A stretch of 64,000 nt of DNA from Setoptus koraiensis (Eukaryota; Animalia; Arthropoda), in assembly GCA_048013815.1 (NCBI GenBank), contig CM106585.1, positions 22,196,001 through 22,260,000 on the forward strand. The letters are read 5' to 3'. Both the position numbers and the translations under genes were made by a program. Below the pieces are notes generated by a model that was not told where the DNA came from, searched no databases, and was given only the letters and a program-made list of their open reading frames with translations. Of the stretch, positions 1 through 9,200 are shown in pieces. Each line of letters opens with the position of its first letter. The first letter of the stretch is position 1.

Positions 1-3000
1 TCGTCTTCTTGGGCACCTTCTTCTTCTTTCTCAGACCTGTTGCAATATCAATCTCCAGATCGTCAGTGACGTCTTGCTGTGGCTCGACATCTAGTGCGAG
101 AGACTCGACAGTGGGTTCGACATCTTCCTCAGATGGCTGAGGCTCGAGTTCGAGATCGACAGAAGATTTCTTCGTCTTCTTGGGCACCTTCTTCTTCTTT
201 CTTAGACCTGTGCTAATATCAATCTCCAGATCGTCAGTGACGTCTTGCTGTGGCTCGACATCTAGTGCGAGAGACTCGACAGTGGGTTCGACATCTTCCT
301 CAGATGGCTGAGGCTCGAGTTCGAGATCGACAGAAGATTTCTTCGTCTTCTTGGGCACCTTCTTCTTCTTTCTTAGACCTGTTGCAATATCAATCTCCAG
401 ATCGTCAGCGACGTCTTGCTGTGGCTCGACATCTAGTGCGAGAGACTCGACTGAAGGTTCAACACCTTCTTCGTCGCCAAGTTGGGGCTCTAGTTCGAGC
501 TCTGTAGAAGATTTCTTCGTCTTCTTGGGCACCTTCTTCTTCTTTCTTAGACCTGTGCTAATATCAAACTCCAGATCGTCAGCGACGTCTTGCTGTGGCT
601 CGACATCTAGTGCGAGAGACTCGACAGTGGGTTCGACATCTTCCTCAGATGGCTGAGGCTCGAGTTCGAGATCGACAGAAGATTTCTTCGTCTTCTTGGG
701 CACCTTCTTCTTCTTTCTTAGACCTGTTGCAATATCAATCTCCAGATCGTCAGCGACGTCTTGCTGTGGCTCGACATCTAGTGCGAGAGACTCGACTGAA
801 GGTTCAACACCTTCTTCGTCGCCAAGTTGGGGCTCTAGTTCGAGCTCTGTAGAAGATTTCTTCGTCTTCTTGGGCACCTTCTTCTTCTTTCTTAGACCTG
901 TGCTAATATCAATCTCCAGATCGTCAGCGACGTCTTGCTGTGGCTCGACATCTAGTGCGAGAGACTCGACAGTGGGTTCGACATCTTCCTCAGATGGCTG
1001 AGGCTCGAGTTCGAGATCGACAGAAGATTTCTTCGTCTTCTTGGGCACCTTCTTCTTCTTTCTTAGACCTGTGCTAATATCAATCTCCAGATCGTCAGTG
1101 ACGTCTTGCTGTGGCTCGACATCTAGTGCGAGAGACTCGACTGAAGGTTCAACACCTTCTTCGTCGCCAAGTTGGGGCTCTAGTTCGAGCTCTGTAGAAG
1201 ATTTCTTCGTCTTCTTGGGCACCTTCTTCTTCTTTCTTAGACCTGTGCTAATATCAATCTCCAGATCGTCAGTGACGTCTTGCTGTGGCTCGACATCTAG
1301 TGCGAGAGACTCGACAGTGGGTTCGACATCTTCCTCAGATGGCTGAGGCTCGAGTTCGAGATCGACAGAAGATTTCTTCGTCTTCTTGGGCACCTTCTTC
1401 TTCTTTCTTAGACCTGTTGCAATATCAATCTCCAGATCGTCAGTGACGTCTTGCTGTGGCTCGACATCTAGTGCGAGAGACTCGACTGAAGGTTCAACAC
1501 CTTCTTCGTCGCCAAGTTGGGGCTCTAGTTCGAGCTCTGTAGAAGATTTCTTCGTCTTCTTGGGCACCTTCTTCTTCTTTCTTAGACCTGTGCTAATATC
1601 AATCTCCAGATCGTCAGTGACGTCTTGCTGTGGCTCGACATCTAGTGCGAGAGACTCGACAGTGGGTTCGACATCTTCCTCAGATGGCTGAGGCTCGAGT
1701 TCGAGATCGACAGAAGATTTCTTCGTCTTCTTGGGCACCTTCTTCTTCTTTCTTAGACCTGTGCTAATATCAATCTCCAGATCGTCAGTGACGTCTTGCT
1801 GTGGCTCGACATCTAGTGCGAGAGACTCGACAGTGGGTTCGACATCTTCCTCAGATGGCTGAGGCTCGAGTTCGAGATCGACAGAAGATTTCTTCGTCTT
1901 CTTGGGCACCTTCTTCTTCTTTCTTAGACCTGTTGCAATATCAATCTCCAGATCGTCAGTGACGTCTTGCTGTGGCTCGACATCTAGTGCGAGAGACTCG
2001 ACTGAAGGTTCAACACCTTCTTCGTCGCCAAGTTGGGGCTCTAGTTCGAGCTCTGTAGAAGATTTCTTCGTCTTCTTGGGCACCTTCTTCTTCTTTCTTA
2101 GACCTGTGCTAATATCAATCTCCAGATCGTCAGTGACGTCTTGCTGTGGCTCGACATCTAGTGCGAGAGACTCGACTGAAGGTTCAACACCTTCTTCGTC
2201 GCCAAGTTGGGGCTCTAGTTCGAGCTCTGTAGAAGATTTCTTCGTCTTCTTGGGCACCTTCTTCTTCTTTCTTAGACCTGTGCTAATATCAATCTCCAGA
2301 TCGTCAGTGACGTCTTGCTGTGGCTCGACATCTAGTGCGAGAGACTCGACAGTGGGTTCGACATCTTCCTCAGATGGCTGAGGCTCGAGTTCGAGATCGA
2401 CAGAAGATTTCTTCGTTTTCTTGGGTACCTTCTTCTTCTTTCTCAGACCTGTGCTAATATCAATCTCCAGATCGTCAGCGACGTCTTGCTGTGGCTCGAC
2501 ATCTAGTGCGAGAGACTCGACTGAAGGTTCAACACCTTCTTCGTCGCCAAGTTGGGGCTCTAGTTCGAGCTCTGTAGAAGATTTCTTCGTCTTCTTGGGC
2601 ACCTTCTTCTTCTTTCTTAGACCTGTGCTAATATCAATCTCCAGATCGTCAGCGACGTCTTGCTGTGGCTCGACATCTAGTGCGAGAGACTCGACAGTGG
2701 GTTCGACATCTTCCTCAGATGGCTGAGGCTCGAGTTCGAGATCGAGATCGACAGAAGATTTCTTCGTTTTCTTGGGTACCTTCTTCTTCTTTCTTAGACC
2801 TGTGCTAATATCAATCTCCAGATCGTCAGTGACGTCTTGCTGTGGCTCGACATCTAGTGCGAGAGACTCGACAGTGGGTTCGACATCTTCCTCAGATGGC
2901 TGAGGCTCGAGTTCGAGATCGACAGAAGATTTCTTCGTTTTCTTGGGTACCTTCTTCTTCTTTCTCAGACCTGTTGCAATATCAATCTCCAGATCGTCAG

Positions 3001-3283
3001 TGACGTCTTGCTGTGGCTCGACATCTAGTGCGAGAGACTCGACTGAAGGTTCAACACCTTCTTCGTCGCCAAGTTGGGGCTCTAGTTCGAGCTCTGTAGA
3101 AGATTTCTTCGTTTTCTTGGGTACCTTCTTCTTCTTTCTCAGACCTGTTGCAATATCAATCTCCAGATCGTCAGTGACGTCTTGCTGTGGCTCGACATCT
3201 AGTGCGAGAGACTCGACTGAAGGTTCAACACCTTCTTCGTCGCCAAGTTGGGGCTCTAGTTCGAGCTCTGTAGAAGATTTCTT
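1..3283 (-). repeat. Coding tandem array: 19 near-identical units of 171 bp (type A, 57 aa) and 174 bp (type B, 58 aa), PEVK-like
   Basis: Unit starts on + at 1,172,343,517,688,862,1033,1207,1378,1552,1723,1894,2068,2242,2413,2587,2764,2935,3109. Order AABABABABAABBABA'ABB (A' has +6 bp). All lengths are multiples of 3. A = KKTKKSSVDLELEPQPSEEDVEPTVESLALDVEPQQDVADDLEIDISTGLRKKKKVP; B has STELELEPQLGDEEGVEPS. Confidence 0.95.
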
Positions 3284-6200
3284 CGTTCTCTTCGAAGGTT
3301 CTTTAGTCTCTCTCGGAATCTCTACAGGCTCAGGCTGAATTTCTGCTGCATAAACGAACGTTGATTTCTTCTTTGAATCTCGATTCACATCAATTGGACG
3401 TTTTTGTACGGAGTCTAATTCACTTGATACTGTATCGAAGTAGACATCTTGGTCTGATTGCTGAGCTTCAAATTCTAGCTCCGTTGGTGAGTTCTCTCTT
3501 ATCTCCGACACCTTCTCTTTCTTTTTCAGATCTTTTGCAATATCGATTCTAAGATCGTCAATGACATCTTGTGATTCTTCATCGATCGCAAGTTCTGCAC
3601 TTGAAGATCTGTAGCCTTTATCTGGTAGCCGTTTCGCTATTTTGAGTTCTATCGACGTCCTTCCTCTTTGTTGTGATGACTCTTCTGTTCTACCTAGCTC
3701 CCCTCTGTTCTCAATTCCAAGATTCTCCTTAAAGATTCCCGAGTCACGCTGTCTTTCCTGCTTGATTAACACGTTATGTTCGATGGAATGTTGTTCCTTC
3801 GCAGCCTCCAACAATGGTACCTCCGTTTCCTCTGAGGTTGCTCCCATGGTCTCGAGAATTTCCGTGTTTTTCATCTCTTTCTGCATTCCTCCTTGCTTAC
3901 TTTTTGCATAATTTTTCGTCATGTCATCTTCACTTTTTTTCTTCTCATCATCTTCACCCACATCCGGCCTGTGTTGCTGCAATGGGCACGTGTTCGAGGC
4001 AAACGTGAAATGCTGTCTCTCATGGCTCAATGGTAAATGAACTTCGACCACTCTCCTAAGCATTAGAGGGTCTTCTCCATCGTTTTGGTTTTCACTTTGC
4101 TGTTTCCTGTACAAATCGCTAAATGGTGATGTATCTTCATGTAGTCTTGACGATCGAGTTGTGGGTGATACATGTCGCTGATTCAATCTGTCTAGACTGG
4201 AACTTGAACTGTACCTCGTCGGCACGTATCTGTCTAAGTCTGTATTAATAGACTCTCTACTATAAGCCATCGATCTGCTTGGTCTTGTCGATGCTCTTGT
4301 CGCTGAATCGAACTCTATGGAACTGGTCTGTCGTGATATAGGTCTGTAATGATTGTATAGTTGTGATGCAGTCGGTGTCGTGATTGGTGGTGGCCTTTCC
4401 CAGCTGCTTTTGCTTTGCCTCTTTTGTGTTTCAATCGGCAAAGAATATCTCGCAGGCGATTTACTTTTCGATCTTAATCTCCACTGATCATATTTTTTAT
4501 CATTATCGTCATTTTCAGTATCCTTCAAATTTGCTTCGCCTCTCAACATCCTAGCTAATTGCAATCTGGCTAGATCATCCTTGATTTTTTCATCTAACTC
4601 CTCTTTCTTGCTTCTTTGCGATACCACCCCTCTCGTTATACGTCTATCATCTTGCTTCTGACTAATTATTGCTGTCTGATCCATTATTTTCTTTTGTTTT
4701 TCAGATTCTACTTTGTCATCAGCATCATCAATGGTTCGTTTCCTGGCATAATCAATGCTCTCAGTTGAGCCAATAATCGAAGCGGGTTGTTGCTTTTCAT
4801 CAACCAAATCCTCACGTTCTTCTTGGGGCCTGTCTGCTTCAAATAAAACATTTTGCATGTTGGTCTCTTTAGTGATCAGATGGCTGGTCATTGCGTTCTC
4901 AGCATCACCTTGATAATTGTCTATATGCATAGATTGGTTATCCGCGTCTGTCTTATTGAACACCATATCGAGCCTGTCAAGGTAATTGGCCTCTTCACTG
5001 GCCATTGCGTGAGTGCTAGGTATTATGTTGGAGCGGCCACTAAATGATATTGTCCATTGGTCGCCTTCTGTGCTTACATCGACTCTTTCTCGGGGTTTCT
5101 TTTTGACTTCGGTAGCCTGTTGTTGCAACAATGTTGACTTGTCACTAGAAGAGCTCAAAAGTGGAATGATTTCTTTGGCTGTGCCGTCTTCCACTCTAAA
5201 TTGGCCGGTTCGATCGCTTCCGGTAGTCGACATCGATCCGAAGTGTCGGGCTGTGGTGTCGGGCTGCTTAGCCTCTGATAAACCAGATGCGCCTATGATC
5301 TGATCATCTGCCAAGCCTGTGATTTCCGGTTGTGGTTGTTGTCGCTGCTGTTCGGATCCAATAACAACAGTGCGACGAATCTGCCCTTTACTCTTCGCCA
5401 TCCTTCTAGAATCACGCTCAATACCTTGATCTAAATCGGGCGATTCTGATGGCATCAAATGTGACGTGTATAAGAAACTGTCTTCCTCAAAGCCGTCGCT
5501 CTCTTCGCTTACAGCCGAAACGTGCTCTCGCTCTATCTGTTCCAATGTGGTCAAATCATTGTTCAATGTAACGAGAGTTGACGCCGGTGGGGTAATTATT
5601 GTTGTTGATTGATCCGCTGGAAATATTAGTGAATTTTCATCTGCCGCGACCCTATCTGATATAATACTGCTATGTTGTAATTTGTCCGATGGAGTTAAAT
5701 CTGGAGTAAATAATTGGCGGTGATCATCATCGGCTTTATAAGATTGTTCCAATGTCAGTGTGGGTGCTTGTTGCGTGTCGCCGCTTGTCAAGTTGCTGTC
5801 CTGTGGTTGTCCAACAATTTTAGATGTAACTGGAGAATGAAGAGAGGAAGAGAAAGAAGAACAGGGGACACTATCTCTCTCTGGGAGAGAGGGGGAGGAG
5901 GAATAGGGGAGACTGTCTGTTTTCTTGGGGAGAGAGGAAGAATCTTTTGCTTTACATAAAGACAGATAATCTAAATCAATAAGATCGCTGTCCACCACAG
6001 GCTCTATCGTTGTCAACTCAGGCGGACCAACCGAGCCACTACCTACCAAAGAGGCTGGTTGTTGTTTGTCGCCGAGCGTTGTTTCACTTTCGCCCGTAGC
6101 TTGTTGTTGTTGTCGTTTGCCAGTTGCTGACCAAGAAATTTTGCTCTCTTGTTCGCTCATTGGCCGATCTCCACCTCTTAAACGTCGCTCTGTCGGACGA

Positions 6201-9200
6201 ATTCGCTGTATCTTGCTCTTGAGCACATCGTTCTTTTCCGAATGTGGCCTCTGCATAGCGCCAGTTTCAGTTCCTGTTTCAGTTGGCTGCTGCTGTGATT
6301 TTTGTAAATCAGTGATGGGTTTCGTTGATTCTACGCTAGTGCGCTCGTATTTCCTTAATTCTGTGTCCTCCAATGTGCGATATTTCTGTATTTTGTACTC
6401 TGGTTCAAAACTATCCAAGACCTCATCGCTAGTAGACGTCATGATCGCGCCCATTTCCGGTTTAATTGACGCTTTTTTCTGATCTATAGATGGTTGTGCA
6501 GCTTTACCAGGCACCAACTTTGGTATTAGACTGCCTGACTCTTTGAGAGACTTTTTCCTTTCGCCACTGCGAGATGATTGCGCACTATCATCTGCATATT
6601 TTATTTTGCTAACCTCATTGAGATGTGCGGCCTCATCTTGGGATCCGTCAATTTGTCTGATGATCTCCACCTCATCTCTTTCGATTGTTCTAATCGCTGT
6701 GTCTTCCAAAGTGCGATACCTGCTGATTGTGTAGGCTGGCTCTTGGGTCAATTCTACTCCGTCCAATAGAGTCAAATTTGTTGTGTCCTTTAGCGAATAA
6801 TCCGAAGAGCCTCTGACATCGGCGTCAGCGTGGCGCTCATTTTGTGACTTGGTGGCCGTCTTCTTCAGCCTGCTTTCAGCCATCGGTATGAGACTGGCTT
6901 TAGCCGTTGCGCTTTGCATCGACGCTGGCCCATTTCCGTCGCTCTTAGCTTTGTCATCTTGTTCACCATCCGGCTTTTTCTTGACCCTTCGTCTGGGAGG
7001 TTTTGGCTTGCTTTTGGGTTCGAAATACTTGTCGGACAACGACAATCGACCTGTTATTCTGTCTGTGCCGAAGGAATTTGTTGCTACACAAGTGTAATTA
7101 GCGCAATCATGTTCCTCAAAATCGCGTATGATCAACTGAGCGTAACCGTAATTATAATGGACGCTAATTCTGTTGCCCACAGTCAACGGTTTGTCATCTT
7201 TGAACCATTCCACCTTCATAGTGGGATCACTACGTGGCGTCAAACTTGTTTTCAACTCGGCAGTGCTTCTCATTTTAAGATTAATATTATCCACAAAAGG
7301 AGTGATAAACTGAGGATATTTAGCTAAGACATCGTCTTCGTTGCTTGCTCTCAAATCGTGGCTTGTCGTTGCTGATTTGGCTTGTTGATTATCATCAACA
7401 TGTTCACCTGTGGATGACATGATCTTGCTTATCTGGCTTGATCCATCAGCAATAGTTGTTTGGGCCCCCGCGTTGGCGTCGCCAGCAGTTCTGGCAAACA
7501 CGGCCGCAAATGGTTGCTTGTGTTTTTGCGCAGTGGGTGCATTGGTATCCTCTTGAAATTCTGGCGTAACAGCCTCATGTAACGGCACTGGACTGATAGC
7601 TTCGACACTGCGCTGATCTGTCATTGCCACGGAATTTCCATCATCTAACTGACGGATCTCCTCGAGGACGGTTCGCTCAATGTTGAATAGCGTGGTGTCT
7701 TCGGTGAAGCACAATTTAAAAAATTCGCCTCCTTTGTTGTCGACCTGTTGATTATCTGCTGATACGAGCTGGTTGGCATCTCGTTCCTGCTGTAGCTGCA
7801 ATTTAGATTGGCCTGATTCTTTAAGTGATTCTTGCAATTGCTTCGATTGTGTTTGCAATATCGCTTTGGAGTAATCGCCAATGTTTAGCATCACCGAAGA
7901 AGTTGCTTTACCTTTGTTGTTGCTCGCAGTCAGAACATAGAGACCTTGGTCCTCTTGGCGCAAGCTCAATATTTTAAGCGTCGCATAGCCAAATATGGTC
8001 GTATAGCTGAGGCGCTGTGGTTCCGGCTGAATGGGAACCCCGTTTAGGGTCCACTCAAAGGTCATTGTGTCGTCGTTGCCTGGCGCAACTTGTGCCTCGA
8101 TTTGTATGGCTTCGCCCACTTTATAATAGCTCTCTCCCTTTGCCACCTCTCTATCTAAACTACTAATAGATAAATGTTTGACGAAATTTGGACAATTGAA
8201 AGATATTATCTCGTCTATTTCGCGATCAAGACGATACTTGAGCGTATCCTCCAGCACCCTATAAGTGATTCGGCGTTCTTCAAGTTGCTGCTGTTCAGTT
8301 GCTCTTGCCATTTCCAATTGGCTGTCCCTTCCCGTTGTTTCTTGCAGTTGGCGGCTTGATGATCTTTCTGACCTGTTGTATTCATTGTCACTTGCTGACA
8401 TTATGTCCTCTTCGTGCTGTTGTGCTCCAGACGTAACTGATTTTTTCTCAGTTCCTCGGCGCGCGCCTTCTTTTGTTGTTTTCTTTCTTTTTGACTTCTT
8501 AACTACAATGTTAACCTTAGACTCGCTAGTTTCGCCAGAATTATTTGTTATTCGACACATATAGATTCCAGAGTCGGCCGTTCCCCGCATGGGCTCCATG
8601 TCCAAACTTACATAGCCAAAATGGTGTGTTATTTTGATACGCGAATCACTCGATCGAGTGAGCTCTTCCTCAATCCACGAAGATGAATCCAGAGCTTCGA
8701 TTGATCTAAATTGATTTAAATGATCCTCATCACTATCTTTGCCCATCAGTGAGCCTGATCGCGGCCGCAAACGATACCAACGCACTTGCATTGTGTCATC
8801 ATTGTGAGGATATATCTTGGCCTCTATGTGCAAGTGAAGACGATCTTCGCGTTGTCTATAAGCGCCAGTGACACTTTGTTCGTCGTGCCATCTACCTGTC
8901 AATTTGCTGCCAGCGTTATTGCCCTCACTATCGGACAATAGAAAATAGGTCCTATTGGCTATGCAGGGCTTGATGAATTTTGGCCTAGGTCTCACTAATT
9001 GTCTTATTATCTCCTCTTGTTCGCGTTCTATGCTATAAATGGAAGAGTCCTCTAAATGACGCGTCATAATAACCTTCCAATCGAGCTTATTATCGTCGTC
9101 ATCGCTAATATAACTATCGCCATACCTGTCACGTAGCAGCATTTGACGTTGTCGCTCGTGCTCTAATTGACCCTGTTTTAGTGATTCATTCAACTCGTGC

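Noticed and set aside
1-3283. CRISPR-like or satellite interpretation of the array
   Set aside because: No unique spacers; whole units are near-identical, multiples of 3, and in frame within the titin-like ORF.
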